A DNA stretch of 64,000 nt. It comes from Gekko japonicus. Lineage: Eukaryota. The stretch lies in assembly GCF_001447785.1 (NCBI RefSeq), contig NW_015165236.1:1837294-1901293 (forward strand), in the 5' to 3' direction. Each line of letters opens with the position of its first letter. Positions within the stretch are counted from its first letter, which is position 1. Under the pieces are notes generated by a model. That model was not told the DNA's origin, searched no databases, and worked only from the letters and a program-made list of their open reading frames with translations. Positions 51,601 through 63,540 of the stretch are shown here, piece by piece. A program made the translations under genes and the position numbers.

Positions 51601-54600
51601 CCATGGGGAATAAAAGGAAGCCGCACATCCGGAGGCAGCAAACCTCTGAATCCCAGTGCCAGGAGACAGCAGCAGGGGAAGGCACTGTTTGGCCCTCCAA
51701 GTAACTGGTTGCCCACTGTGATGCTGGACTAGGTGGGCCACGGGACTGATCCAGCAGGGCTCTTTGGATGTTCTAATCCAGTTCTAAGCCAGTTTGGTGT
51801 CGTGGTTAAGTGCGCGGACTCTGATCTGGGAGAACCGGGTTTGATTCCCCACTCCTCCACTTGCAGCTGCTGGATGATCTTGGGCAACCATAGTCCTGTC
51901 AGAGCTGTCCTTGAAAAAGAGCAGTTTCTGTCAGAGCTCTCTCAGCCCCACCTACCTCCCAGGGTGTGTGTTGTGGGGAGGGGAAGGGAAAGGAGTTTGT
52001 AAGCCGTAAGGGCGGGGTATAAATCTAATCTCTTCATCTAATCTGAAACCTGAAAGTGTCCACTCCACTGGAATATTTCTGTGGGGGGGAAAAAGCATTT
52101 CTTCTGGCAAAGATGGAGTTTTCTCACACGCTGCCTGTTCACTGGTCCAGCTGCATCTTTTTTTTGTGCCCTTTCTTTCCTAAAACTGCCCCCCCCCCCC
52201 CCAGCAAGAGCCTTTGTGCCCAGGCAGGGTTTTGGTTGCAAATCAGCAGGGCCGTGATTTCCCTTGGTAGCAGTAGCTGAGCAGCTAAAACTTTTGCCTG
52301 TTGGCCTTTCACGTTTCTCGGGGGCGGGGGGGCAATGGGCCTGTTAGGCGGGCAGCTCCTTCTGACAGGCACTCCCCGCTGGGCGGTTGGCTCACTTGCT
52401 CAGAGGGCTAGTCCGGCATAGTCCCGTGCCTCTGAGGCTGGCAGACGGTTCGTCACTCCCTGTCGACGAGGCAGGTGTGCTGGCCCAGCTAGTTACCACG
52501 GTGACCTACACACCGGAGGCCGGAAAGGCAGTCCGGAATCAGGGTAAACCACAGGGCCAAAGGTCAGATAGCCGGGGAATCAGTCCGAGGTTGCAGGAGT
52601 CAGGAACAAGGAGTGGTTGCGACACACCAGAAGCAGATCTGAGTATGCAGAGTTGCTACCGCGCTGAGGCAGGTACATGGAATGTTTATGAGCAGGTCCT
52701 CCCTTCCCTGGGAGTCACGTCTGCCAAGACTTACAGCTCCTCCCGCTGCCTTTGCAGGAGCTGCTGTCTGACACTCCTTCTTCACTCCTGCGTAGTCAGC
52801 CCCTGGCGTGCCCTACGTCTGGGGCACTCAGGAGAACTAGGTGGGGAGTCTGGCCTCGGGGTGTCTTCAGCTGGGGGTGCTGGGCCAGGCGCAGGATCCG
52901 TGCCTCCTTCTGGCTGCGCCTCCTGTACTCTTCCTCCTCAGGTGCTGTTGAGGGTTCTTCTTCTGGGCTGACTCCAGAGGAGGCTGGGTGGCTCCCTGCC
53001 TCATCTGAGGAGTCGTCAGCCTCAGCACAGCCAGTACCCACAACACCATTCTTCTGCTGCTGGTCGGGCTCTGCTCTGTGGTGGGCCCCGGCCCTGGAGT
53101 GTTTGCCTACCAGAGGGAAGATTAACTGTCCCCTTTTATTCAGCCCTTACTTGAGCCGCTAAGCGGAGCTGAGAGAAGCCACAGAATCCAGAGAATGTGC
53201 CGGGTGGGAGGTTCCAAGGGAGACTCTCTGGTGCTGCAGCGGGATGGAAGAGGCCTCCGGAAGTGCACCCGAGGGTCAGCCTGGCCATGGCTCGGCGGAT
53301 GCTCTGCCCGCCCTTCTCTCTTGTGGGTCGGCCGCCTGGGGGCAGGGGAGTGAGCGCTGCTCCATCGACCTGTCTTCCTGTGCTGCAGGGCCTCTGCGAG
53401 AAAACGTTCAAGCGTCTCTACCAGTATATGCTGAACGCTGGCCTGGGCAAGATCGTGTCCGTCCCGTTACAGAACATGCGGCCTGACGGAGGCCCCTTCA
53501 AGACCAAGCGGGGTAAGGAGAGGGGCTCCTCCTGGGCCGGGGTGGGGGGAAGGGAGCTCGCCCCGGACATGTCCCACTCATAAAGAACTGGAGGTGGAAA
53601 CGGGTTTTCTGTGGTTACGTGGATGGGGTTTTTTAAAAGCAAGCTAAGCTGAAATTGCTCATCAAACCTGATCTGTACCGCTTTAACACAAAATGCATAA
53701 TTAGCACATGCAGTTCTACAGTTTGGCGTATTTAGGGGAATTCAGTGTACCTGGTGCCTTAGTTTTCTGCCAGCGAAGCTATAGAAACCTCCCCTGCTAA
53801 AGAAGCAGAGAGCACAGGCAAACCAGTGGAAGGGAGTATAAACGCTATGTAGCCCTAAACGCTCTGAAATAGAAACTTTATTCACAATACTATACTATCA
53901 AATGTCTTAAAGACAATACATTTAACAATCAATGTGACAACATAAACATACAGCAAAAAATCACAAATGAAACCCAGCTCATAACTTTGAACTATCCAGA
54001 AAAGGAGCCATGTAGTACAAATCAATGTATAAATGATTGCAGGGACGTGTTGAACATCTTCGTAAATAACGGAGCTCCAGACTCTGTACGCAGCCGTGGA
54101 ATCCATAATACACGGTTGTCATGAGACAAGGATTCCGGATGTGACCTTGTTTCGAGATTTTCTTTTGTGATATGATACATTGACTGATACAACAGACACG
54201 TGAGTTTTTGCTGTTGTATCATTTATTGTTGACATCATGTTGCTTATATACATTAATGTTTCTGTTCATTAGGATTGCAGTTGTTTATACATTGATTTGT
54301 ACTACATGGCTCCTTTTGTGGATAGTTCAAAGTTATGAGCCGGGTTTCATTTACGATTTTTTTGCTGTATGTGTATGTTGTAACATTGATTGTTAAATGT
54401 ATTGTCTTTAAGACATTTGATAGTATAGTATTGTGAATAAAGTTACTATTTTAGAGCAGTTTAGGGCTACATAGCGTTTATACTCCCTTCCACTAAAGAA
54501 GCAGAGAGAGCTGCAAACTGCCGCTCCCTGTCCGACGGTAGCACTTCACTTCTCAGTTTTTTGCCAGTTGGGAAGTAAGGGCGGGGGGAAACTGAAAATA

Positions 54601-57600
54601 GAAAACATACATTTTATAGGAAACAAAAGCTTGGATTATTTGGACAGGAGCAGTCTCAGAAAGTTATAACAGGACTAACAGCATGTTTGGGTATCAAAAC
54701 TTCAGAGCATTGAAAATGTTGAACTTTTCAATATTGTACGATCGTCGTGCACATAATAGCAAATCGTGGGAAAGTTCTGTTTAAACCATAAACGCAAGAT
54801 AGAAAATAGGTGATCTAGAAGTCTACATTCTACTATAAATTTGGAGTGCGTGAAACAGTGCCTTAAATGCATTACAATCATTTCAGAAGGGAGAGTATTT
54901 CCAGGGAGAAAAAGTGTTCTTTCCTAGGCCTTGCTGTCTCTAAGGATAACCATACCAGCCTTCTCTTCTGTCTCCAGCCAGGGCCTCCTCCCAAGGGGGA
55001 GGGGGCCTTGCAGTAGGCTTGCCATGGCCACACATCCCTTTGGATTCAGGCCTGCTGGGGCACCGGGAGGCAGCTGGCCGGGGGGGGGGGGGGGCGCTGT
55101 TCAAGGTGCAGGAGGTTTCTCCATCAGCCACACGCACAGCACCGGCTGGGCCCGCTTGCCTGTAGCCGTTCTGTGGAGAGCAGCCATGCCTTGTGCCTTT
55201 TCTGTCTTGGGTGCCTCTGCCGTACCTGCAGAATTGCTGGGCAGGTAGACGAGTCATGCATGAGTCTCCAACAGGAGCTGCAACATCTGGGGGGGGGGCT
55301 GTCCTTTCCGGGCTGCATTGTCCAGACTCCTCTTAATGCAGCCGGATGCCAGTCTGCGTGTTTTCCCAAGAAGGAGCCTGTCTGTTTTAGGACGGTTCCT
55401 CTTTGTGAATTGTTTGTATGGAATGGCCCTGTCAAGGGGAGTGATGCCCATCCTACCTTACTGGGTATATACCCAGCTACTGAGTAGAGTGGCGGCTTGC
55501 AGCCAAGAAGCTTTGGGGAGCTCTGCATGTGAGGAATCCCTGTCCTGGCTCCCAAGCCGACCCGCTGACAGCCCGTGTGCCGGGTTGCTGTTCGCTCCCA
55601 GGGACTGATGTCATGGTCCGTTGCCTGAAGCTCGTGAAGGGGTTCCGGAAGAAGGTGGACGACTACCACGACGATGACGACGAAGAGGTGATCACCAAGA
55701 CGGTGCAGCCCATCGACGTGGTTTACGAGAAGGACATGCTGACGCAGGCGTACGAGCTAAGTAGGTCGGGCGGTGGGTCGGCCCCAAGTGGGGGGGGGGG
55801 AGAGGCCCTCTCTGCAGCCTGCAAATGAGAGAAGATGCCGAGGAGGAGAAGGAGGAGGATCTCTTTCAGCTGCCGCCAGGAACTGACACTCTGGGGGCGT
55901 TTCCTTTCATTTATTTATTTATTTATTATTTTAGATTCATATCCCACCTTTCTTGCACAGGCAGGCTCCAGGCGGCAAACAACAGGTTAAAATACAATAA
56001 AACACAGCTGCGTAAGTGCAGTGCTATAAAATTCACATAAGCAAACGATATACATACAAAGTGCAGTTAACTGCAGATGGTGATTGCTGTATAGTGGTCC
56101 AGTGTAGCTAGGCCAGTATCCATGGTTGTTCTTAATGCCAGTCGCATGAGGGCCGTAACAATTCCGTTTTTAATAGCTCATTCATCAGTGACGGCTCCTA
56201 ATCGAAGGCCTGGTGGAAGAGCTCCGTTTTACAGGCCCTGCGGAACTGTAGAAGGTCCCGCAGGGCCCTGATGTCTTCCGGGAGCTCATTCCACCAGAGT
56301 GGAGCCGCCACTGAAAAGGCCGTAGCCCTGGTAGAGGCCAGTCTGGTGTCTTTTGGACCAGGGAGGGTCAGACGATGTTGTGACCCTGACCTCAGTGCTC
56401 TCTGGGGGACATTTGGGGAAAGGCAGTCCCTCAGGTGGGTTTTGCATAGAAAATTTCAGGTGCTTCTGTTAAGTGAGGTTTAGGTATCCTCTTGGGGGTG
56501 GGGGTGGGGGTGTTAATGATTGTTTCAACTTCTGACTTGACCGTGGCTTCTGAGGCTCTTGAGGAGCCCTAATCACCAAGCTGGGGACCTGAAGGCTGGA
56601 GCTACTAAGAAACGTGTGGATTTTACGTACAAATAGTGTTTGTTGATTATGGTGGGAAGTGATTGCACAGGCAGTGTGATGGTAGCTCTTTTGTTTCATG
56701 GTGAAGATACGCAGGCAGGGGAATCCGCAGGGTCTTCCAGGAGACATCTCATGTTCTCCACATCCCCACCCCCTACTGTTTCTTCTTTCCCTTCCCTGGC
56801 AGCCCCTGTAGCCTCTCCCCTTTTTCCTGCTTCCTTTTCTCCTCCTCACGCACTAACCAGCTCCCTTCAATCCCGCCTTCAGCTTTCCCTGCTTTCCTTC
56901 CCCTGGTAGCCTCTCCCTGGGAAAAAGTCTGGCCAGGTTGTGAGGCTGGGCCAAGTCGTGAGGGGAGTAAGTCCAGCGGTTTCTGCCAGTCCTGTTCCCA
57001 TCGAATCCTCCATCCAGGGAGGGGGACCTTTCCCAGGGCTGTTTGGGCTTCCAAGTCCAGCCCTGCTCCCCCCCCCCATGGCTTTGCTTTATAGGAATTG
57101 AGGTGTGGAAGGCTTTGCAATACTGTCGTGGTGGCCTAGCAATCTCCAGAATTCTCCAGTTCTAGAAACCTTCATTTGCACTTCTCTGTTCTTTCCAGAC
57201 ACAAAATACGGGGCCGCGGGGTGTTTGGTTATCGCACTGTCCAAGACTGAGTCTGTAACGATTCCATGTTTTGGTGTGTGTGTTCCTTTAAATGTTTAGT
57301 TTGACCGCAGTGCTGAAAGAAGAGTGATAGAGGGTGACAAGTGTGATTTGATTGGCTGCTGACTGAGAGTGTGGGAGGAGGGGTGTCTGAGAGGATTCTG
57401 TGTGTGTGTCTATGAGGGGATTCTGTTATATGAGAGAGACAAGTATGGAAGAGTTCTGAAGAGAGTCTCTGTGACTCTGAGAGTTATGAAGGATTCTGTG
57501 TGTGAAGTTTGAAGAGAGAACATAGTCTGTGTGACTATGGGATTCTGAGTCTAATTCTGTGTGAATAAGACCAACAGTTTAGTCTGTGTGACTAAGAGAG

Positions 57601-60600
57601 TTGATCCTATTCAGTGTGAATAAAACAAAGAGACTAGCCTGTGTGGCTATATATATATGAGTGTATAAGCCTGTCAGAGTGGAGTTTGGAGTCTGAGAGA
57701 CTGTTTGTAGCACCAAGCTTTGCCAGTTATATTTACAAGTTTCTTTCTTCAGCAACTGTTCAAGTAACCAGAAACCTATTTTGTTCTTTATTAAATAAAT
57801 CATTCTCTTTTTGTTTAAACTTATCCCAGAAATCAGCACAGTTTTCCTCAGGGCCACGTAGTCCTTTGAAGTGCCCAGACCCTAGGTCATACTACCAAAA
57901 GAGAGAGAGTTGAAATGTTTAATTCCCGGTGGCAGCATAAAACTACCAAGTGTATATACACAGAGAGAGTTTAAAGGTAAAACCGTTTCCCCTACAAGTG
58001 AGGACGTCACAGGGTCTGTTTGAGATCAGGGCAGCATCTCTGATGGGAATCCAGCCTAGATCGCCTTTTCACTCCCTCTCTGCAGTCGAGAGCTGGGGCA
58101 CCAAAGGCATTTCCCAGGCGGAGCTCCGAGCGGCCATGAACGTGGGGAAGCTGGAGGCACGGATGCTGTGCCGCCTCTTGGAGCGGTACAAAGTGATCAA
58201 GGTAACGCCGGTCGTGCTGATGCCTCCCTCCCACGGACCTCCCCCTCCACTCCGTTGTGTGGACGTCGTTGGTGAGTGGTGTCCCCTTGTCTCGGTCCCG
58301 GGTTAGGGGTTCATGGAAGACGAAGGCCGGCAGCGGACGACCAAGTACATCACCTGCACCTTCGCGGAAGAGAGTGACCTGAGCCGGCAGTTTGAGCGCG
58401 AGAAGGCCCGGAGCGAGCAGCTAGCCCTGGCCAGCACCTCTGCGGCCCAGGAGGACTCCTTGCCAGGGGAGGACCTCTCGCTCGGGGAGGAGGAGACGCT
58501 GCTGCTCTCGGAGCTGGGGAACGAGGACGAGGAGGAGGAGGAGGAAGACGGTGCGGGGCCAAGGAAGGCTTGCACGGGGTCCCGGCTGAGGCCGCCTTTC
58601 CAAGGAGGCCTGTGCCACTCGACCCCAACCAAAGGTGCGGAGCGGGAGCTGTCGGGTCGGGGGTGCCCGGAGGGAGGCGCTCGTTCTCGGCTCCAGCGCC
58701 CCAAGTGGGCGCACCTGCGTTCGGGAGCTGTCCGGGCCCTGACTCCCCTGGGTTTTGGGTTTCTTCCCTCCTCTCCTCTCCTTGCCAGCCGTCATCCAGG
58801 AGTGGCGGTGCCCAGGCCCCTCGTCCGCGTGTGGCTAGAAGCCCTGACCCCGGCCACAAGGGCTGGGCTGGCAGCTCGTCGTGGGGCAGGGTGGGAATGG
58901 CCCGGTTAATTGGCAATGGGATTGGGTCTGGAAGAAGGAACTCTGTGGCGGAGCAGTAAAGGGACACGGCCCTCCGACTCGTGCTGAGCTGCCTCAAGGG
59001 CTGAGTGGTGGAGAGCCCAGCTGCAGAGGGCCCGATCCAGTTCTGTGGTCTGGCCAAGGAGGCCGCTGCTGCTGAAGGAACGGCAGAAAAGAGCCAGAGG
59101 AGTCCAGGAGCACCTTGAAGATTCACAAAAGTCACCTGAAGAAGTGACTGCGGTGACTCACGAAATCTCCTGCCCTGCCACAAATTTTGTGAGTCTTCAA
59201 GGTGCTCCTGGACTCTGGCTCTTTTCTGCTGCTACAGATGGACTAACAGGGTGACCCGTCTTGGTGTAAAGGAGCAGGTTGTAGCAGAGCTTGCAGGGCT
59301 GCTGAAGGTCCAGGCTGACCAGTTGGGCTTGTCTGTTTCTTCTTGACCCAGGCAGGAAATCAGCAGCTCCAGCAGCAACCCCGGGCAGGAGGCGGCCCCC
59401 TGCACACTCCCCGGGGTACCCCGAAGAGCTTCCCGACCAGGCGGCAGATGAAGACTCTGCTTCAGACGTGCCGAAGCAAGAGGCCACTCCCTCCTTGTGC
59501 GCCCGTTCTTCAGACGACTCTGAGGATGTGGTGGTGGTTGAGGAAGTCAGGCTCGAAACCCCCAAAGTAAGAGGCTCGGGTTCAAGTCCTGCACTGTCTC
59601 TACTGCTGTGCAAGGTCGAGGGGCAGGGCTCCTGAGGTCTCTAGAGGCCCCCAATGAGGGCAATGGGCGGTGGAGTCGGGACGGGCAAAAGGAAATACTT
59701 TTTAATACAAGGAGTGTTTAAAATGTGGAATCTGCTGGCGGAGGATGTCGTGATGGTCAGAGGCATAGGTGGCACTAAAAAGGGATTAGCCCAGGGCTTT
59801 TTTTGGGGGGGGGGGGAGATGTGCTGGAAAGTTGGCAGGGTTGGCCGGGCCCCTTTCCCGTGCCTTCTCTAAGCTCGCCTCGCAGTGTCTGAGCGAGGTC
59901 CCCTTGGAGGTGTGAATGGTCTCCTTCCTGGTCTTCAGGGAATCTGCATGTTTCCCCCCTCTCTCCCTCTCTGTTGTATACGATGGTAGTTCTATATGCG
60001 GTGTGTTCAGTTTGAGGGACTGCCACCCGCCTGGGGGCCGTTGAAGGAAGGTGGGCTACGCAGGTTTTGAAATGAGGCCGCCGCGGGCGGGGCTTCAGGG
60101 AGGTCCTCTCCGTGGGCTCCCCAGAGGCAGCCGGCCATCGTGCGAGGGGAGCATGGGGCCAGATGGGCCTTTGGACCGCTCTCGCAGGGCTCTTCCTGCT
60201 GCTCCGTCCTGCGCTCCTGGGACTCCGCCCTCCTCGTCTCCGTCCTCCGTGCCACTTTTGCTCTCACGGGCATTTTCCTCACCTGTGTCCAGAAGACCTG
60301 GGGTGGCAAGAGGAAAGAGAAGCGCCCTCGGGCCTCGGCGTCCGAGCGCTCGCACGAGACCTACCGCCTCCTGAAGCGGCGCAACCTCATCATCGAGGCC
60401 GTCCAAAACCTCCGCCTGATCGAAAGCTTGTTTGTGTGAGTGGGGGAGGGGGGGTCCGCGGGGTGCTGCTTGGGCCCGGGGGGGGGGCGGGCGGCCGGCC
60501 AAGCAGAGCGAGGGGGGCAGGCTTCCCCAGGGGGGCATCAGGTGGATCGGTGTTGCTGTGACTGAGCAGTCGGCCTGGCTCAGAGGGTCGCTCTGGGCTG

Positions 60601-63540
60601 GGGGAGGCCGGCCTTTCTCCCTTCACCCCATCGACTGCACTGGCTGTCCGGGCTGGAGCCCAGGGCCGGGGGGGAGGGGCTGCGCAGTCCCCTGGAGAGC
60701 TCTGGAACCCAGGAGCAGTCGCTGGTGTCCCCAGTGCCGTTTCCTTCTTGTCTTTGCTAGAAACCTCCGAGGGGCTTTTCTGCTTCCGGTGGCCGGCTCT
60801 CACCTCCTTTCCACACCCCACCCCGGCCACTGGTGGTGTGTGTGGGGGTGGGGGCGGTGTTCCGGAGTCCTTGTGTTCCCCTCTCTCCCTCCCCTGGGCT
60901 GCCTCTCTCGACCTGCAGGCCGTTTGGAGCGGGGGGCACCCCTAGAATCCACTCCTTTGTGCTGCTGGGCTCTGTGGGACGCCCAGCCCCTGAGCCCTGC
61001 TGCAGCCGAGCGGTCCTGCCTGTGTGTTGCAGGCTCCAGAAGATGGTGATGGACCAGGAGAAGCAGGAAGGGGTGGCTACGCGGTGCTGCAAGAAGTCCA
61101 TCATCCGCCTGGTGCAGCGGCTCTCCCAGGAGGGGCTTCTGCGCCTCTACCGCACGACCGTCATCCAGGACGGGGTCAGCAAGAAGGTGACTTGGCCCCG
61201 GGAGGCTCCCCTTTGGCGGGGGTCGGGGGGGGGAATCTCCTGGCCTGACTCTCCAGCACCTTTGCTCCCCACATTCAGCCTGATTTGCAAGTGGGGCTCT
61301 CCCCACGAAGGGAGTCCTGTCTGTGACTCTGTGTGTGTGTGTTCTGCAGTGGTACAGTCTCCAGAGAGGGCTGTACCATATGCACAGCTCCATATCTTCC
61401 AGGGGATCTCGGCTACATCTCTTCTCTGATGCTGCCGCTAACCTGCAGCGTCTTCTGGACTGTGGCCACAGAAGTGGTTCTCTGCACAGAACGCCTGATG
61501 AGGTTGGGGCTGAAGGGAGGGGGGGAGGGCGTGTTCACTCTTAGCCACAGGGAGCAGTTGGTTGTTCTGCAAATGGGAGGCCAGCAGGCGCCCCCCCTCC
61601 CCCGGCAGTATGGGGTACCCCAGGGTTCACGTCTGGTGCATGAGACTCATTTTGAGCATTCCTCTTTCTCCGTTTCCTGGACAGGTGGAGTTTGTGGTGG
61701 ACCCCTCCGTCGGCCCCAACGACCCGCTGGTGAAAAGCGCCATCGAGCAAGTCCGGTTCCGGATCTCCAACTCGAGCACCGTGAACAGGCAGGTGGCCGG
61801 GGCGGGCACGGCGCAGGGGCGGTCCTGTGGCGCAACGGCCTGGCTCGGGGGGGGGGGGCGGGCCCCGGGTCGGTGTGCCGGAGGAGAGGCGGCCCCCGGC
61901 CCTGGGGCTGAACTCCCTTTCCCCTCTTCTGCACAGCAGGATCAAAGTCCCCCAGACGCCGAGCTCCCAGGAGCGCCTGGACGAAGGGGGCCCGGAGTCC
62001 GGGGTCGGGGCCGCCTTGAGGGAGATGGAAGGGCGGAGGGCCGGGGAGAAGGTGCGCGTCCGGAGGTTCAACTATCACCCCGTGACAGGTGAGGAGGACC
62101 CGCCGTCTTTCTCTGGCTTGGCTCCTCCTTCTCTGGCTCCAGAGACCAGACCCCGCCCTCCCTCCCTGGAAGGCCTGGGCCTACCAACGTCTCCGCCCCT
62201 CTCCTCCCGTCTCTCCAGTGCCGGGCCTCGGTCGCTCCCTGGGCTTCCTCCCCAAAATGCCCCGCCTCAGGACAGCCCACGTTTTCTTCTGGTACTTGGT
62301 CTACGGGCACCCTCTGAATGCGTCGCAGAGCCAGGCGGGTGGTGGCAGCAGTGCGCCGGGCCTGGAGGCCTCTGGCTCCCCACCGCGGGCCCCAGCGGGG
62401 GATGAGGAGCCTGAAGCCGCACCCGCGGGGAGCCGTCTGGCCCCTGCCCAGGAGGTGGAAGTGGAGCTCAGGGAGCAGGCAGGTAAGGCCTTGGCAGCAC
62501 GGAGCCCACTGTCGGGTGTGTGGGAATGGGCCATGGGCAAGGCTCCCTCTGAGCCGTGGAGTCTCGTGAGCAAAAATTCTACCTTGTGAGCTGCTGTGAG
62601 CAATTTGGCCGCTGCATAAAATTAGTCTGCTCTGGAGCTGTCCTTCATGAGCTGAGACAAAAATGTGTGAGCTGGAGGCTAAAAGACTGTCAGCTAGCTC
62701 ACACTAACTCAGCTTAGAGGGAACACTGCCCATGGGAAGCGTCCCGTACGTCTCGGCCTGAGGAGCTCCTATCTGACGGGGCTCAGTTTGGCAACGGGGG
62801 CCCCCTGTGACGTTGATTCGAACTCGGGCCTGCCTGAACTGCCTGAGGCTTCCTTCAGGGCCGGCCGTATATGAGAAAGCAGGCAAAGCTGTTCTGAAAG
62901 CAAGTTTTTCTTCTCCCCTCCTGCTCCCCGCAGTGTACCTGGACGAGGCCTCGTGGAAGCGTCACGTCCCTCCCCTCCCCGTCCACAGGGAGTATGGCCA
63001 CGGTTGGGCCCTCGTGAGCGACATTCTCCTCTGCCTGCCGCTCTCCATCTTCATCCAGCTCGTCCAAGTCAGCTACAAGGTGCGGGGAGCTGCTCTCGGG
63101 GGGAGGCACGTGGGCTGGGCTGGGGGGGAGGGGCAGACAGAGGGGCCTTGCTGAGACAACCCCCCCCCCGATCTTCAGCCAACTGCACCCAACGCTGCCC
63201 CTTCTGTAGTTGTCGTGTGTCTTAAATCCTTTCCTAGAAGAAAACTGGTGACGGCCGGAGAGGTACTGCTGGTGTTTGCTGGAGGGTCAGGAGGGGTGGG
63301 GGTGAGCCCTGCCTCCCCCCCCCCGGGATTCTTTTCGGCAGCCAGTCCTTTTCTGCCGAGCAGAGTTGTTGAGGCTTTTCTTAACGCAGTTCGAAGTCAA
63401 CCCAGTCTTGCTCGCACTGAGCTAAGTGTTGGTTCCTGGTAGGTGGAGAACCTGGAGGATTATTTAAACGACCCCCTGAAGAGGCACACCTTGATCAGAT
63501 ATCTTCCCAGATCAATTAGACAAAAACTCCTTTATAAAAG
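45422..63540 (+). CDS. GTF3C1: General transcription factor IIIC subunit 1 (TFIIIC220, B-box binding), exons 1-17; continues beyond the window
   Basis: 17 in-frame exons: [105 protein letters not shown]. Confidence 0.97.
45857..46359. mobile_element. Non-autonomous hAT-like element
   Basis: TIRs cagggggtggccaaact / agtttggctaccccg. Confidence 0.7.
46569..46952 (+). mobile_element. SINE family A interrupted by a hAT MITE (~46735-46895)
   Basis: SINE head and tail are separated by MITE sequence. Confidence 0.75.
47156..47365 (+). CDS. GTF3C1: GTF3C1 exon 2
   Basis: [24 protein letters not shown]. Confidence 0.95.
48508..48681 (+). CDS. GTF3C1: GTF3C1 exon 3
   Basis: [20 protein letters not shown]. 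Confidence 0.95.
48991..49277 (+). mobile_element. SINE family A
   Basis: Same consensus. Confidence 0.85.
49699..50171 (-). mobile_element. Probable solo LTR inserted into the CR1 copy
   Basis: TG..CA ends; AATAAA on the - strand; shares cccacagcta..ttttatt..aaagctat with ~3524-4095. Confidence 0.55.
50190..50752 (+). mobile_element. CR1 LINE 3' end
   Basis: Translates to [22 protein letters not shown]; ends in a gattctatga tail. Confidence 0.85.
51046..51189 (+). CDS. GTF3C1: GTF3C1 exon 4
   Basis: [23 protein letters not shown]. Confidence 0.94.
51405..51501 (+). CDS. GTF3C1: GTF3C1 exon 5
   Basis: [17 protein letters not shown]. Confidence 0.94.
51787..52040 (+). mobile_element. SINE family A
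   Basis: Same consensus. Confidence 0.85.
53389..53512 (+). CDS. GTF3C1: GTF3C1 exon 6
   Basis: [19 protein letters not shown]. Confidence 0.94.
53825..54494. repeat. AT-rich element with ~215-bp inverted arms
   Basis: 53825-54040 is the reverse complement of 54275-54494; flanking direct repeat aaagaagcagagag. Confidence 0.85.
55602..55760 (+). CDS. GTF3C1: GTF3C1 exon 7
   Basis: [19 protein letters not shown]. Confidence 0.94.
55905..56435 (-). mobile_element. LINE 3' fragment with a (TAAA)n tail (related copies at 22981-23430 + and 25110-25640 -)
   Basis: Shares the caggccctgcggaactg..gggccctgat core with the other copies; microsatellite tail. Confidence 0.65.
57254..57996 (+). mobile_element. 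Probable solo LTR
   Basis: TGTAAC..CTACA termini; internal AATAAA; near-TSD agtc/agtg. Confidence 0.6.
58086..58201 (+). CDS. GTF3C1: GTF3C1 exon 8
   Basis: [28 protein letters not shown]. Confidence 0.94.
58307..58634 (+). CDS. GTF3C1: GTF3C1 exon 9
   Basis: [21 protein letters not shown]. Confidence 0.9.
59352..59566 (+). CDS. GTF3C1: GTF3C1 exon 10
   Basis: ..[14 protein letters not shown]|gtaaga. Confidence 0.85.
60293..60435 (+). CDS. GTF3C1: GTF3C1 exon 11
   Basis: [27 protein letters not shown]. Confidence 0.93.
61033..61186 (+). CDS. GTF3C1: GTF3C1 exon 12
   Basis: [28 protein letters not shown]. Confidence 0.94.
61685..61788 (+). CDS. GTF3C1: GTF3C1 exon 13 (GC donor)
   Basis: [28 protein letters not shown]. 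Confidence 0.88.
61940..62088 (+). CDS. GTF3C1: GTF3C1 exon 14
   Basis: [13 protein letters not shown]; NAGNAG acceptor. Confidence 0.85.
62219..62482 (+). CDS. GTF3C1: GTF3C1 exon 15
   Basis: [31 protein letters not shown]. Confidence 0.92.
62934..63079 (+). CDS. GTF3C1: GTF3C1 exon 16
   Basis: [18 protein letters not shown]. Confidence 0.94.
63443..63540 (+). CDS. GTF3C1: GTF3C1 exon 17
   Basis: [32 protein letters not shown]. Confidence 0.94.

Noticed and set aside
52360-53060. Acidic and Arg-rich short ORFs in GTF3C1 intron 5
   Set aside because: Looks like LTR-type repeat sequence; no splice or domain support, and boundaries could not be defined.
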